The notes beneath the pieces were generated by a model. The model had not been told where the DNA came from, made no database searches, and saw only the letters and a list, made by a program, of their open reading frames with translations. Of a stretch of DNA of 47,249 nucleotides, positions 22,021-33,884 are shown piece by piece (within the stretch, counting starts at the first letter, position 1; every line of letters starts with the position of its first letter). Source of the DNA: Leptospira sp. GTDB taxonomy: Bacteria; Spirochaetota; Leptospiria; Leptospirales; Leptospiraceae. The DNA is taken from assembly GCA_034439575.1 (NCBI GenBank), contig JAWXAQ010000001.1, positions 1 to 47,249 on the forward strand, read 5' to 3'. Both the position numbers and the translations under genes were made by a program.

Positions 22021-22863
22021 TTAAGCTTCTAACATTCTTTTGATGTCCAATTTTTTCATCTTCATAACTTCATTCATGATTCTAGGAGCACGTTCTGGAT
22101 CAGTCATCAAAGAACCGATGATTGTCGGAACAATTTGCCATGAAATGCCAAACGAATCTTTTAACCAACCACACATACTTTCTTTTCCACCCTTGGTTAA
22201 GTGATCCCAATAATAATCGATTTCATCTTGGGTTTCGCAATCAATCACAAAAGATAGTGCTTCATTAAAATCAAAATCATGTACACCTGGACCATCCATA
22301 AAAATAAAATCCATACCATTTAAAGATATTTCAGAATACATCACCTTATTCGCGTAAGGAGAATCCTCTGGATATTTTTCCATATGATTTAATTTATAAT
22401 CTGGAAAAATTTTACTAAAAGTGAGAATCGCTTCTTCAGCACGTCCAAACTTTTCATTGGCAAAAAGAAGCGCTGGCTTTAGTGATGGCTCTTCTTCTTT
22501 TTTGCCTTTGATTGAAATCTGCCAAGTCATTCCATATTTATCTTTCAGCCAACCATAACACTCGCTCCATGGGTAAGATGAAATATCCATCATGGCAGAT
22601 CCACCTTGGATCAATTTGTTCCAGAGATTTTTTGTCTCTTCCACCGTGTTGTTTGTCACAAAAAAGGAAATAGACTGATTGAGTTGGAACATGGGTCCAC
22701 CGTTTAGGCCCATGATTTTTTTATTTAATAATTCAAAAATAGTGACCATCGGAGTCTTTAGCAGCACTTGGGAATGGGGAAGGATTTCTTTGTAATAGGC
22801 ACTCGCCTCTTCTGCTTTGCTGTCAAACCATAGGCAGGGATAAATTTTGTTATTTTGTATCAC
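22021..22863 (-). CDS. VOC/PhnB-like protein (tandem 3-demethylubiquinone-9 methyltransferase-like domains)
   Basis: PCLWFD..AEEA, LNGGP and two GWLKD.(Y/F)G..WQI motifs. Confidence 0.9.
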   Translation of the reverse strand: MIQNNKIYPCLWFDSKAEEASAYYKEILPHSQVLLKTPMVTIFELLNKKIMGLNGGPMFQLNQSISFFVTNNTVEETKNLWNKLIQGGSAMMDISSYPWSECYGWLKDKYGMTWQISIKGKKEEEPSLKPALLFANEKFGRAEEAILTFSKIFPDYKLNHMEKYPEDSPYANKVMYSEISLNGMDFIFMDGPGVHDFDFNEALSFVIDCETQDEIDYYWDHLTKGGKESMCGWLKDSFGISWQIVPTIIGSLMTDPERAPRIMNEVMKMKKLDIKRMLEA

Positions 22864-22888
22864 TTGTTATTTCCTGCTTTTTGAAAAT

Positions 22889-23377
22889 TCAAAAAGATAT
22901 ACCACGTGAAATCAAAATTCCAAGTATGGCAATCAAAATTGAAATCAATAAATTTACCTTTCCGAATAGTGCGGATCTTTTTCTGAATTTTTCGTATAAC
23001 TGATGATTGGTTTTCGCATACAGAAATGTTCTAGGTCCAGTAAAAAAATCATGATACAATGAGGAGAAAAGTAATAAGAAAAATAAAATTACTTTAATCG
23101 ATATCATGCGACCAACACCTTGAGTCCAAAATTCCAAGTTAGAATCAAAATTTAAATAACCTTTATATGACAACAAAAACATCCCGCTGATAAAAAATAT
23201 AACGAATAAATAATACGATATTTTCCTAAACTGTAATGCAGTTTTTTGTATCAAAGGTAATCTTACTTCCGAAAATTCTGGCAACCTAACAACAGATATT
23301 ACCACGATCACATAAAAGATGGTACCTCCCACCCAAACCATGGCAGAAAACAAATGTAATATTAAGAAATATATCAT
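22889..23377 (-). CDS. CopD/DUF4149-like 4-TM membrane protein
   Basis: LHLFSAMVWVGG and HDF..GP motifs, four hydrophobic segments. Confidence 0.75.
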   Translation of the reverse strand: MIYFLILHLFSAMVWVGGTIFYVIVVISVVRLPEFSEVRLPLIQKTALQFRKISYYLFVIFFISGMFLLSYKGYLNFDSNLEFWTQGVGRMISIKVILFFLLLFSSLYHDFFTGPRTFLYAKTNHQLYEKFRKRSALFGKVNLLISILIAILGILISRGISF

Positions 23378-23691
23378 GCTGAATTGATCGAATCATTTGC
23401 TTGGAACTTTGTAAATGATAATTGGAGGGCAAAGATTGGCTGAAGTTCGTACTAGAACTAACTCCACAACTTGCGTTTGTATTTTCTGTTGTTGTCGACC
23501 TTTTTCCTGAATCGGATTTTTTCATGAATTTAATTTTCCATTGTCTGTATGGAAAGGAACAGATTCAAATTTACCTTGCATCTTGTTTCAAAAAAGGTGA
23601 TCGTTATTTTGTAAAAAAGCTAAAAGTTTATTTTTGGGTTGATTTTATTTTCATGATTAAATCTATAATTACACAATAATCTAAGTTTAGT

Positions 23692-24795
23692 ATGATCTTC
23701 AAATTTTCTTACACTTTCTTAATTCTTATATTTACTACATTCGCTTGCAAATTGGAAATGAATCATCCCTTTAATACGAGGTCATCCGAATACTTTAAAA
23801 CACAATTAGCAGTCTGCGTAGCACAACAATTCAGAAATTGTATTTTTACTAATAGTACAGAAGTCCCACCTACTTCCCTTAATTATCCGGGTAATCCCTT
23901 TGTATTTACGAAATATATTGCCATATCACCAGTTAACCCAAGTGTCCAAGGAAATGTTTTATCTTATTCGGTAAGCCCAGCCTTACCAGCAGGTCTATCC
24001 ATTGATCCTAACACCGGGCAGTTGCATGGTACACCTACAACAAGCGTTAGTTTAACTAATTATATAGTTACTGCTTCAAATTTAGCAGGAAGTATGAATT
24101 TTACTTTAAATATTACAGTCAATTTTGATATTTCCACTGTGCCAGGTATGCGATTATGGGTAAGAGCAGAAGGACTATCTTTAGCGAATGCCACAGCTGT
24201 TACTAGTTGGACTGATTTAAGCAATTCTGGTAATACTCTTATTTCTGGTGTATCGCCAACATATTATTCAAGTGCAAATACGATTAATGGGAAACCTGTG
24301 GTCCGATTCTTATACGGTGCTGGAAGCAATCTGATAAAAACATCGCCGATTGGTGTTAGCTCTTCCGATTCAGGTAGCATTTTTTTTGTCGCAAGAGCAA
24401 CTTTGGCTGCAAATAGCAATGTCCTTATGATCGGGACGCAAGGAGCGGGGGCAAGGGAATTTCAAATAACAAGCACTGGTATAGTTGCCATAAATAAATC
24501 AGGAATCTCGACCGTATCTTCTTATAATTCAGGTTGGTCTGCCAATTCTGTCCATCAAGTATCAATCCTTCAAAATGGAATTACAAATGTTGTTATAAGA
24601 TATGACGGATCTCAAGTAATCTCTAATACACCATTAGCAACCGGTTATACTGCAGGTACTTTAGGTCTTGGAGTTGGAGGAGCAGATATAGATATCGCAG
24701 AACTTTTTTACTTTGATAATCGAGTAAATGATCAAGATACAATTAGTATTGAATGTTATTTGGGAAATCGTTATGCTACTTTCAATTGTCCTTAG
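23692..24795 (+). CDS. Lipoprotein with putative Ig (He_PIG-like) domain and LamG/concanavalin-like C-terminal domain
   Basis: Lipobox TTFAC; SPALPAGLSIDPNTGQLHGTPT; LWVRAE..WTDLS..INGKPVVRF..IAELFYFD. Confidence 0.78.
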   Translation: MIFKFSYTFLILIFTTFACKLEMNHPFNTRSSEYFKTQLAVCVAQQFRNCIFTNSTEVPPTSLNYPGNPFVFTKYIAISPVNPSVQGNVLSYSVSPALPAGLSIDPNTGQLHGTPTTSVSLTNYIVTASNLAGSMNFTLNITVNFDISTVPGMRLWVRAEGLSLANATAVTSWTDLSNSGNTLISGVSPTYYSSANTINGKPVVRFLYGAGSNLIKTSPIGVSSSDSGSIFFVARATLAANSNVLMIGTQGAGAREFQITSTGIVAINKSGISTVSSYNSGWSANSVHQVSILQNGITNVVIRYDGSQVISNTPLATGYTAGTLGLGVGGADIDIAELFYFDNRVNDQDTISIECYLGNRYATFNCP

Positions 24796-25292
24796 TTGAA
24801 ATTAAATATTGAAAAAGTATTATGATTCTCTATTGTCATTCACTGCTTAATTTTAATTTGGCTCTATTCTCATATAATAAGGATTTTGTGTCGCCAGCTT
24901 AGAATTATAATTGTGAATTAATAATCAAGTTCGATGATAAAAATACAAAGGTAAAGAAACCAAAAATGTCAAATATGTATATCCGATCAGATTCCAAAAA
25001 ACATGAATCTTTCAGAACTTTATTCATTTGTATTTGAATGTAAAAGTTTATAAAAAATTTTGTATTATATATTAATTATATAAATCCATACATTTAGAGA
25101 ATCATCTTTTTTATTATAGCGGAAATACATTCTTTCTATGAAAAAAACAGTCGACTATGAAACAAAAATATATATCTTTGACGACGAGAAAAAAAATATC
25201 AGAAATAATTTATCAATCGTAATATCTTTATATAGTATTTTGAAATTATTTTTAATTTAGTTCTTGGCAAAATTTCAAAAGAAAACCCTATA

Positions 25293-27266
25293 TTGAATTC
25301 CTATCCAAACTGCTCAATGACAGACTCTGATTTTCAAAATTTATACTCTTCCTTGATATTAAGATATCTGCACGATGCTGTCATCATTACAGATCTTCAT
25401 TTTATCATCACAAGTTGGAATCCTTCGGCAGAAAAAATCTATGGGTATACAGAAGCAGAAGCTTTAGGAAAGTCAGCGGATGTCATTTTAAAAACACAAA
25501 TGACTGATGAAGACCATAAACAAAGTGAATTTTTGTTACGTACCAAAGGAATATGGCAAGGAAACGTATTTCAAGAAAACAAATATGGAGACATAATTCA
25601 AATCGAGTCCTCCGTGTCTTTGTTAAAAGATTCTGCTGGAAATGCAGTTGGAGTCATCGCAGTCAATAAAGATGTCACGGAGGAAATTAGAACCAAGAAT
25701 GCTCTTGCTGAAAGTGAAGAACTCTTTCGCCTAGGCTTTGAAAATTCCGGGATCGGAATGTGTTTAATTGGTCTGGATGGAAATATCTTGCGCACAAATG
25801 AAAAATTTTGTTCTCTCATAGAATACTCTATGGAGGAAATCATAGGTAAATCACTAGGTTCGTTTGCTATTGATTTGAAAGAAATTGATTCAAAGATTTT
25901 AGATCTATCTTTATCCACAAAACAAGGAATAACGTCTACATACGAGAAACAGCTTTTAACCAAAAAAGGTGACAGTCTCTGGACAGAAATCTCAATTACT
26001 CTCATATACAATTCCAAGGGCATTCCCCTTTATTTTATGGCACATGTTAATGATATCACAAAAAGAAAACATGCCGAACAATTATTAGTTGAAGCCAAAC
26101 AATTTGCGGAAAAAACGAATCAAGCAAAGTCAGATTTTATCGCAAATATCAGTCATGAAATACGAACACCGTTAAACGGCGTTGTGGGTTTCAATGAACT
26201 GATGTTAACAACTAAACTGGATGATATGCAAAGTGATTATATTAACAAAGCAATAAGTTCCTCCCATGGACTTTTAGGGATCATCAATGATGTATTGGAT
26301 ATATCGAAAATTGAAGCGGGCAAACTAGAATTGAACGAGGTTTTTACTTCGCTCTCACAAATTATCGATGATAGTATAGGCGTATTAAAATGGAAGGCTG
26401 GGGAAAAAGGCATTAATTTAAAACTCAATACATTAGGAAATTTACCAAAGTATATTTTTATAGATCCTACTCGACTCCGCCAAATATTGATTAACCTCAT
26501 TAGTAATGCGGTCAAATTTACTGAACAAGGTTATGTCGAATTAGAAGTAAGCTCGGCACCTTCAAAAATTGCAGAGGATCGAATTCAACTTCAATTTAAA
26601 GTAACAGATACAGGAATTGGTTTTCCCGAGAAAAGCAAAGATCATATCTTTCAATCCTTTTGGCAAGGTGACTCAAGTTCAACGCGTCGTTTTGGGGGAA
26701 CAGGTCTAGGTCTTAGAATCACTAAATCTTTGATCGAATTAATGAATGCATCGATTTCTGTTAGTTCAAAGGAAGGAGAAGGAAGCATTTTTACCTGCCT
26801 ATTTGATTGTAAATTTGAAAATAAGGAAATGGAAGACTATAGACTTAAAGATATTAATTTGTCTTATTTTCTATCTCCAAAAGGTAAACTCGAATCAATC
26901 ACTCCAAAAATATTAATCGCCGAAGATAACGATATGAATCGTTACCTTCTTCATAGAGTTATATTAAAATCGATTCCTTCTGCAAAACTTATAGATGCGC
27001 ATAATGGTGAAGAAGCCATTATTAAATTTAAGAATGAAAAACCAGACATTATATTTATGGACATTCAGATGCCTACAATGGATGGATTACAAGCTACAAT
27101 CAAAATCAGAGAATTGGAAAGTAAAGTACCTATCATTGCTTTAACTGCTGGTGCTTTTTTTGGAGAAAGGCAAAAATGTTTTGATGTAGGTATGAACCAA
27201 TTTTTGACAAAACCATTAGATATCATTGCACTTAGACAAGTCTTAAATCAGTTTTTAGGAAATTGA
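25293..27266 (+). CDS. Soluble hybrid sensor histidine kinase (PAS-PAS-HisKA-HATPase-REC)
   Basis: Two PAS/PAC units, [32 protein letters not shown] and receiver IFMDIQMP. The start may be ATG at 25317. Confidence 0.95.
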   Translation: MNSYPNCSMTDSDFQNLYSSLILRYLHDAVIITDLHFIITSWNPSAEKIYGYTEAEALGKSADVILKTQMTDEDHKQSEFLLRTKGIWQGNVFQENKYGDIIQIESSVSLLKDSAGNAVGVIAVNKDVTEEIRTKNALAESEELFRLGFENSGIGMCLIGLDGNILRTNEKFCSLIEYSMEEIIGKSLGSFAIDLKEIDSKILDLSLSTKQGITSTYEKQLLTKKGDSLWTEISITLIYNSKGIPLYFMAHVNDITKRKHAEQLLVEAKQFAEKTNQAKSDFIANISHEIRTPLNGVVGFNELMLTTKLDDMQSDYINKAISSSHGLLGIINDVLDISKIEAGKLELNEVFTSLSQIIDDSIGVLKWKAGEKGINLKLNTLGNLPKYIFIDPTRLRQILINLISNAVKFTEQGYVELEVSSAPSKIAEDRIQLQFKVTDTGIGFPEKSKDHIFQSFWQGDSSSTRRFGGTGLGLRITKSLIELMNASISVSSKEGEGSIFTCLFDCKFENKEMEDYRLKDINLSYFLSPKGKLESITPKILIAEDNDMNRYLLHRVILKSIPSAKLIDAHNGEEAIIKFKNEKPDIIFMDIQMPTMDGLQATIKIRELESKVPIIALTAGAFFGERQKCFDVGMNQFLTKPLDIIALRQVLNQFLGN

Positions 27267-27555
27267 ATTAAAACATTACGGAATTCGCCGATCAGTCTTT
27301 CTCCGATCGAAAATCCAAATGTATCTCACAACTTAGCGAAAATCTTTGTATGTCGCTAAAGACAATTTTGCTATAAAAATAATATTTTTTTCAGAAAGCA
27401 ATCACTTAGCAAAAGTTAACCTACTATAACGAATCTATATATAAGCCTCAATAAATTTGTTAATTCCGCTTACAGATTCTTTTTATTATTATCGAATTCA
27501 TCTGTGAGAGAATCTGCGCTTTACCGGGAATTCTTCACTAGATCGAATTCAGATT

Positions 27556-30500
27556 TTAAGGACAACTATTCGCAATACGTATATTATACTTTCGACTTAA
27601 ATAGCACCTGACTGAATCTGCTTCTGTTGTGCTCAAAATGCGATCGAAATAGATCATCTCTGATACGATTCCGTCAAAATGATTGACTGGTGTATATCTT
27701 GCTCCGACAGTTACGCCAGTTCCTCCCGATGGGGCAACGAAAGTCAAACCAGCAGTTTCGGTTGTACCTTCAGGTCCGTTCGTATCCCAATAAAAAGGAT
27801 TTAAAATAGAAGATGTGGAATCATATGAGATCGAAAATATCCTTTGCGTTCCAGGACTAAATCCCGTCGCACTTTTTGATGCACAACTGACCGCTGATTT
27901 GGCAATTGCAAACTGTGAAAGATTTCCACAATTGCCCACACCGGCGTCATCAAAGAAAAATACTTTCCCACCGATAGCAGGACCTAAGGAAAGCGCAACT
28001 TGTGCTCCACCTAACGAGGTCCTCTGATTTACAATAAAAAACGAAAATGTATCCGTGCCAATGCCAAAATACGTACCACTAGAATTCGTTAAATGGGTAG
28101 AGGCACCTGCATTAAAAGTGACTCCAGGTGTTCCATTGACTGCAACGGCAGACCAGGTTGGCTGGAATCCCATTACTCCCTGGCTTACAGAGTTGCCACC
28201 ACCAGCTGATGCCGTGGAATTATTCGGACTATTGTCGAGCCAATTAGCGACTGCTGGCGCATTTAAGGAATCTGCTTGCAAATGAATTTGTAAACCACTG
28301 ATTTGCAAAGGATGATACCCACTTAACGCCCGTATTTCGCTGATAGTCAGAACACGATTATAAATTCGAACGTCGTCTATATCGCCGTTAAAGAACTCAC
28401 CCCCATCCATTCTTCTACCAATTCTTAAGGTACCAGACGTGGCTGTATTCCAAGCGACTCCAGACAAGTTGTCCGAACCGCGAAAGGAACCATTGTAGTA
28501 AATCTCTGAGTTTGTTCCATCGAAAGTCCCACAGACATGCACCCAACGGTAAAGAATATGAAAATGATTTGAGGCATGATCATTGTTCATACCATAGTGC
28601 AAAATTACTGAGTTTCCAAGAGCTATGCCATTCCCTGTATTATTTGCTACAGTTCCAAAGCTTACTATATTACTAGGAGTATTTGAGACTCTTACCCAAG
28701 CGCAAGTTGTTCGAGTCGCATTTCCTGTGGGCAATCCATTAGGCGATGATTTTTGCAAATAATCATTCGGTGCTACAAAGGAATAAGCACTACTCGTAAG
28801 ACCGTTGCGATCAACAGTTGAAAAAGGTGCACCAAAAGAACTTAGGTGGTTACTATTTCCGCTGTAATCATTTGTATTTCCATTTAGCGGATAGTATGCG
28901 ATGAGACCCGAAGGTATTTGGATGGCTAGTTTTTGTAATGCTGTTGAATCGAGTGTTCCATTGAAGATACGCACATCTGAAATCTTTCCTTTAAATTTCG
29001 AAAGTGAACCTCCAAATGCGACGCTAAAGTTCGTCGTTAATGGGTTGGAACTTACCATGAAAGCAAGTGATTCCGAAAGACCATTAATATATATTTGCCA
29101 ATTGTCATTGTTATTCGTCAAAGCAACATGCGTCCATTGGTTCAAAGGAATTTTTCTAATACTGAGACCACTCGGAGTATTATTTACATATAAGTAAAGA
29201 AAACGTGTGTTAGCTTGTAAAATCAAGGCACATCCATCCGTCCCAGGTGTCCCGTTCGCAAATATGACTTGATCTGTCGCTCCACCACTTGGATAAACCC
29301 ATGCTGAAATCGTGAATTTTTTGTTGCCTGCAAATCCTAACGACGATCCATTTATAAGCACATTCGTATTGGCTATGATGTGTTGGGTTGTACCATCAAA
29401 CCCATAAGCCCCGCTTGATGTACCATGTTCATCGGTGACCAATATTGGAGAACCCGTTGCTATTCCATGATTGGTTCCAATACTATCATTGCTATTTCCG
29501 TCAAACGTATAACGTAGAATCTCTGCATTTTCTAATCGCCGGATAGAGTGATTGGCTTCATCGGAAAGATAGAGATTTGTCCCATCTGAAAGCAAATAAA
29601 CAGGCTGACCCATCCTGGAATTGGAAACTGCTTCATCCAAATACCCAGCCCCTCCGCCAACGAGTGTTGCCACTTTAAAATCCGACAACCGTAGATGCCT
29701 GATTTGATAGGTGTTATAATCTGAGATAAATAGATCGGTTCCGTCTGTCGCAATGGAAAATGGTCCAGCAAACTGTGCGTTAACCCCAAAGCCATCGACT
29801 GAAACACTTGTCCCATTGCCCGCTATGGTCGTGACAGTATTTGCCCCGGAAAGTGCAATCCTTCGAATTCTCTCGTTACCAATATCAGTAAAATAAAGGA
29901 AGCCGCCTAACCCCACAATACCGATTGGATTATTCAATTGAGCAGAGGTCCCGTTCGCATCCAAATAGGCTGGTGCTCCAGTGCCTGCAAGAGTAGTCAC
30001 TGCACCTGTTACGGGACTAACAGCTCGAATGCGATTATTCTGTCGATCTGCTATATACAAAGTTCCATCGTAGAGAGTGATATCATGTGGGACATTGAAG
30101 GAAGCTAAAATTCCGTTCGCGTTGTCGGCGAAGATTGCATTCCCGTTACCAGCAAGAGTCGTAACAGCAGCTGTAGCCAAGTTGATCTTTCGAATGCGAT
30201 TACCTAAAAATTCTAAAACATAGAGAGATGTTCCATCAGTTGTTAGCTTAAAGGGTCCATTAAACTCGGCATCCGTACCAACTCCATCCTTGCAATTCGT
30301 TGTGGTAGTACCTGGACAAGTTGTTCCTCCACCCGCATTGCCACCAGCAAAAGTAGTTGTATCCCCATTAGATTTATTGATTTTTCGAATCAGATTGTTC
30401 CCATAATCTGCAACGTAGACAAAAGTGCCATCGCTTGCCATTCCCTTGGGATTGTTAAATCGAGCAAGATTCGCAGCAACTGTGGCTGGATAGACGGGAA

Positions 30501-31263
30501 TGGTTCCAGAACTTGCAGTTGGATAATCGCCAACCATCGTTCTCAAATAAAAATTTTGTGAGTTAGACGTAGGACTAACAAGTGTTGCAGCGGCAACCGA
30601 TTGGATCGTTCCACCACTCAAATACCCAGGCACACATCGAATGAATACAATCACATTCGTTGTGCCTATGTTTCCTACACTCAATGTGGGCTCTATAAGT
30701 GCGCAAACGCTTCCTGCCGTTTGTGAAGCGATTGTAACCGCATAGGCGGATCCAGTTTTTATACGGGTGTTAAATTTATACAATCCAGCAGAACTAAATG
30801 TTTGAGAATCGGATCCATTATTTTGAACCGTAATGCTCGATGAAATACCCGTGACACTCACTCCGACTTCATAATAATCACTCCCCCAGCCGCAACTTAC
30901 ATTGATATTTGTGATGTCTGCTGTCTGTATGGTTCCACTGCCATCGGATAAATTGCACGTCATCGCTAAATTTCCGGAAGTGGAAATGCTTACCTCATAC
31001 TTCGTTCCCGTTTTGAATTTTGTAGGGAAGGTAAAATTTCCATCACTCGTGATTGTCAAACTTTCAGATGCATTTTGAAGTGTGACTGAGCCGCCTGACA
31101 ATATTCCAGAGACCGCACCACCTAATACGAATTCTGTCTGTGTAGATGATTTATTATTGAAGAATCGTAATAGTCCAAAAAACTCAAGAGGACTGCGGGC
31201 AAGATTCGGGATGCTGCATCCAACTAAAAAAATTAAACTTAAAATAATTATTATTTTTCGCAT
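27556..31263 (-). CDS. Large surface lipoprotein: 2 Ig-like domains, NHL-repeat propeller, 2 LamG domains, C-terminal LamG-like domain
   Basis: Lipobox FLVGC; repeats FN.P....DG..LY..D..N..IR.I; LamG motifs FTISAWV..WTHVA..FKGKISDVRIFN and FNGDIDDVRIYNRVL. Confidence 0.85.
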   Translation of the reverse strand: MRKIIIILSLIFLVGCSIPNLARSPLEFFGLLRFFNNKSSTQTEFVLGGAVSGILSGGSVTLQNASESLTITSDGNFTFPTKFKTGTKYEVSISTSGNLAMTCNLSDGSGTIQTADITNINVSCGWGSDYYEVGVSVTGISSSITVQNNGSDSQTFSSAGLYKFNTRIKTGSAYAVTIASQTAGSVCALIEPTLSVGNIGTTNVIVFIRCVPGYLSGGTIQSVAAATLVSPTSNSQNFYLRTMVGDYPTASSGTIPVYPATVAANLARFNNPKGMASDGTFVYVADYGNNLIRKINKSNGDTTTFAGGNAGGGTTCPGTTTTNCKDGVGTDAEFNGPFKLTTDGTSLYVLEFLGNRIRKINLATAAVTTLAGNGNAIFADNANGILASFNVPHDITLYDGTLYIADRQNNRIRAVSPVTGAVTTLAGTGAPAYLDANGTSAQLNNPIGIVGLGGFLYFTDIGNERIRRIALSGANTVTTIAGNGTSVSVDGFGVNAQFAGPFSIATDGTDLFISDYNTYQIRHLRLSDFKVATLVGGGAGYLDEAVSNSRMGQPVYLLSDGTNLYLSDEANHSIRRLENAEILRYTFDGNSNDSIGTNHGIATGSPILVTDEHGTSSGAYGFDGTTQHIIANTNVLINGSSLGFAGNKKFTISAWVYPSGGATDQVIFANGTPGTDGCALILQANTRFLYLYVNNTPSGLSIRKIPLNQWTHVALTNNNDNWQIYINGLSESLAFMVSSNPLTTNFSVAFGGSLSKFKGKISDVRIFNGTLDSTALQKLAIQIPSGLIAYYPLNGNTNDYSGNSNHLSSFGAPFSTVDRNGLTSSAYSFVAPNDYLQKSSPNGLPTGNATRTTCAWVRVSNTPSNIVSFGTVANNTGNGIALGNSVILHYGMNNDHASNHFHILYRWVHVCGTFDGTNSEIYYNGSFRGSDNLSGVAWNTATSGTLRIGRRMDGGEFFNGDIDDVRIYNRVLTISEIRALSGYHPLQISGLQIHLQADSLNAPAVANWLDNSPNNSTASAGGGNSVSQGVMGFQPTWSAVAVNGTPGVTFNAGASTHLTNSSGTYFGIGTDTFSFFIVNQRTSLGGAQVALSLGPAIGGKVFFFDDAGVGNCGNLSQFAIAKSAVSCASKSATGFSPGTQRIFSISYDSTSSILNPFYWDTNGPEGTTETAGLTFVAPSGGTGVTVGARYTPVNHFDGIVSEMIYFDRILSTTEADSVRCYLSRKYNIRIANSCP

Positions 31264-31761
31264 CGCCGTAACCTGTTAGTAAATACGGTAATAAATATAG
31301 TAATACCATTATCGTCGTTGTAAAGAAAAATCTTTGGACTTAATTAGGGTAGAATTCTTATTTGAATCCTTTTTCCCCGTTCCATTTGCTCTGCAATAAA
31401 TTATAGCAAACCAATTCAAATTCTCGAGTAAGATTTTACGCTAAAATTTTTTCTCTTTTTAGCTATTTATCTTCCTGAAATAAGCCCTAAGTCCTGAAGA
31501 TGAGAAACACTTTTTGTTTAGGCGAATGGAAGTGACTCGAAAAATTAATACTTTTTCTTTTTTTTCCAGCCAATCTAGTTCTTCCACTTACACATTTTAC
31601 AGAACTAAAAACACCTATTTAATGATCAATCCCGAAGGAAGAGGATTCAAGGCAACAATCAACGGTAAGATAGTAAAAATTTTATATAGTGACTTCTTTG
31701 GCTCAAGAGAAGTTGAATTGATCGTTGAGTAGTTAAATCTGAATCAAAATTCAATTCGTAA

Positions 31762-31787
31762 AAAAACCCATCGTCTGATGGGTTTTT
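31762..31787. terminator. Bidirectional intrinsic terminator
   Basis: AAAAACCCATC-gtct-GATGGGTTTTT perfect hairpin with A and T tails. Confidence 0.75.
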
Positions 31788-32126
31788 AATTTAAATTTCT
31801 TTTTTTTCCTTCAAAATTAAAAAGGAATGAAATTGATTATGTTAAATCTAAAAAGACACAAAACGGAAAGTTGCATTTAGCTCAACAACTATGTTTGAAA
31901 TACAAAAAATACTAAAAAAATCAGACGATAAATTTACCAATTCCCAGCAAAACGAACCAGGTGAGTTTCAAATTCTTTGCTTTTTACATAAGGATTCTAT
32001 TTTAAATTAAGTTCACTATTTTGTAATGTCCGACTTTAACTATTTTCAGATAAATCGGATGTAAAGCGATTGAATTAAGAGGTTTGAATCCTTCAAAAGG
32101 CAAAGTACTTTCCTAAGTAGTAAAAT

Positions 32127-33884
32127 CTAATAAGTAATTTTTCTGATCGAATGGTTGTGACGGTCAGAAAGGAATAAAAAATTTCCATCTGTTGTGATGG
32201 AGGTATCACAATTGGAGGCGTTACAAAACCTAGCAGTACCTGGTAGGCCTACTGTGCCATCGAGAAGACCATTACTTGCAGGAATGGCGATCGTTGTCAC
32301 AGGATTAGGTGAAGATAATCCCATTTTTCGAATTTTTTTTCCATCACCTTCAAGTATGTAAAGGAAACTGCCATCCATAGTCAAACCATAAGGTTTATTA
32401 AATGTCGCGAGCGTGCCTGTCGCATTATCAGCATTACCGAGAACTCCTGAACCGGCCAATGTTATTTGTACATTTGTAGTTAGGTTATATCTTATAATCT
32501 GATGGTTGTTCGAATTGGCAACATAGAGATATGTTCCATCTGTCGTGATTCCATTGGCATTTGTAAGTCCCGAGAAAGACAAAGAGGATGTAACACCTGT
32601 TGCGAGAGATATTTTTCTAATTTGATTGTTTGATCTATCGGTCACATAAACATTAACAGCATCCGTGGTTAAATATGTTGGTTCATTTAATCGTGAAATA
32701 CCTGTTGCTCCATCAACATTACCACTATTTCCCGACTGGCCTGATAGAAGAGAAACCGTTCCTGTAGATATATTGATTTTGTTAATTATATGATTGCTAA
32801 AACTACTTACATATACATTGACTCCATCTGTCGTAACTCCATGTGGACTTGGGCTTGTTCCCAATGTTGTTACGGAGTTATCACCCATATTAAGTTTTCT
32901 AATCGCATTGTTGAGCAGATCAGCGACAAATAAATTTTGGCCATCGGTCGCGATTGCAATTGGATTGTCAAATTGAGCTAATGTACTCGTGCCATTGATA
33001 AAACCATTTGTCACGGTGGGGTAGGAGCCAGCTAATGAGACCATATTCGCATAGCTCTGGTTAATTGTAGGTGGATTAGATGAACCAAATAAAGTCCCGT
33101 TGTAAATGTATCCAACAACACATTCAAAAGTGACAACTGCATGAGCACTAGAAAGTGTTCCAAATGGTAACCCTTGCACGGAACAAACTTGGCTCGTAGG
33201 TTGAGATTCGACGGAAACCGAGTAACTGGAGCCATCAACTAATGCAGTGGGAAAATTATTATATCCAGATAGTGATATAGATAATTGCTCAGAACTGTTA
33301 TTCTTTAGGTTTAAAGTGCCTGATAAATTGTTTATATATACGCGAATAAAATAGGAGCCTGGAATATCTATGTTTTTGTTTATAACGCTAAGTTGGGCCG
33401 CAGGAGAAGAGCTGAAAAATGAATCTGTAGTTTGGAGAGAAATTTCGATCGTATAATTAGTGTCAGATTGTTCGCCTATAGTTCCTCTTGCCCCTTCGAT
33501 TCGAACGGTTTGCTTTGTCGTACCATTTTCCGAAGTAAATAGGAGATAGGAGGAATTACATGGCACACTCGAGATAAATACAGGACTTGTTTCTTTGATT
33601 ACCCCACCTTTTGTGGTATCTGAACTTTTTAAGCAGGCGTAAACTAGTTCGCTAGGATTTGCTGAAAGAGCTACCGTGAAAGTGGCGGCGACACCAAATT
33701 CATTAGTATTGCCGCTAATCGGAGAAAGTACAATTGTCCCTGTGGTCACTGTCGCAGAGTCTGTGCCCGTCATTAAAAATCCAAGCAAACCCGGTGTCGG
33801 TTTCACATTACAAGAGAAAAAAACGAATAACAATAGGATGATCCGACTCATTCTATTATTAAAGACGGACGAATCTTTAATCAT
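32127..33884 (-). CDS. Surface lipoprotein: cadherin/Calx-like domain, Ig-like domain, NHL-repeat propeller
   Basis: Lipobox FFSC; NHL repeats (FDNPIAIATDGQNLFVADLLNNAIRKL) paralogous to 27556-31263. The start may be slightly downstream (MSRII). Confidence 0.82.
   Translation of the reverse strand: MIKDSSVFNNRMSRIILLLFVFFSCNVKPTPGLLGFLMTGTDSATVTTGTIVLSPISGNTNEFGVAATFTVALSANPSELVYACLKSSDTTKGGVIKETSPVFISSVPCNSSYLLFTSENGTTKQTVRIEGARGTIGEQSDTNYTIEISLQTTDSFFSSSPAAQLSVINKNIDIPGSYFIRVYINNLSGTLNLKNNSSEQLSISLSGYNNFPTALVDGSSYSVSVESQPTSQVCSVQGLPFGTLSSAHAVVTFECVVGYIYNGTLFGSSNPPTINQSYANMVSLAGSYPTVTNGFINGTSTLAQFDNPIAIATDGQNLFVADLLNNAIRKLNMGDNSVTTLGTSPSPHGVTTDGVNVYVSSFSNHIINKINISTGTVSLLSGQSGNSGNVDGATGISRLNEPTYLTTDAVNVYVTDRSNNQIRKISLATGVTSSLSFSGLTNANGITTDGTYLYVANSNNHQIIRYNLTTNVQITLAGSGVLGNADNATGTLATFNKPYGLTMDGSFLYILEGDGKKIRKMGLSSPNPVTTIAIPASNGLLDGTVGLPGTARFCNASNCDTSITTDGNFLFLSDRHNHSIRKITY

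Noticed and set aside
23286-23679. ORFs 23286-23525 (-) and 23422-23679 (+)
   Set aside because: Mutually overlapping, no family features, and located in a probable divergent promoter region.
27367-27380. Leptospira LexA box-like TTTGCTATAAAAA (and the related TTATAGCAAA at 31401)
   Set aside because: It misses the TTTG-N5-CAAA symmetry, lies between convergent gene ends, and is expected by chance in AT-rich DNA.
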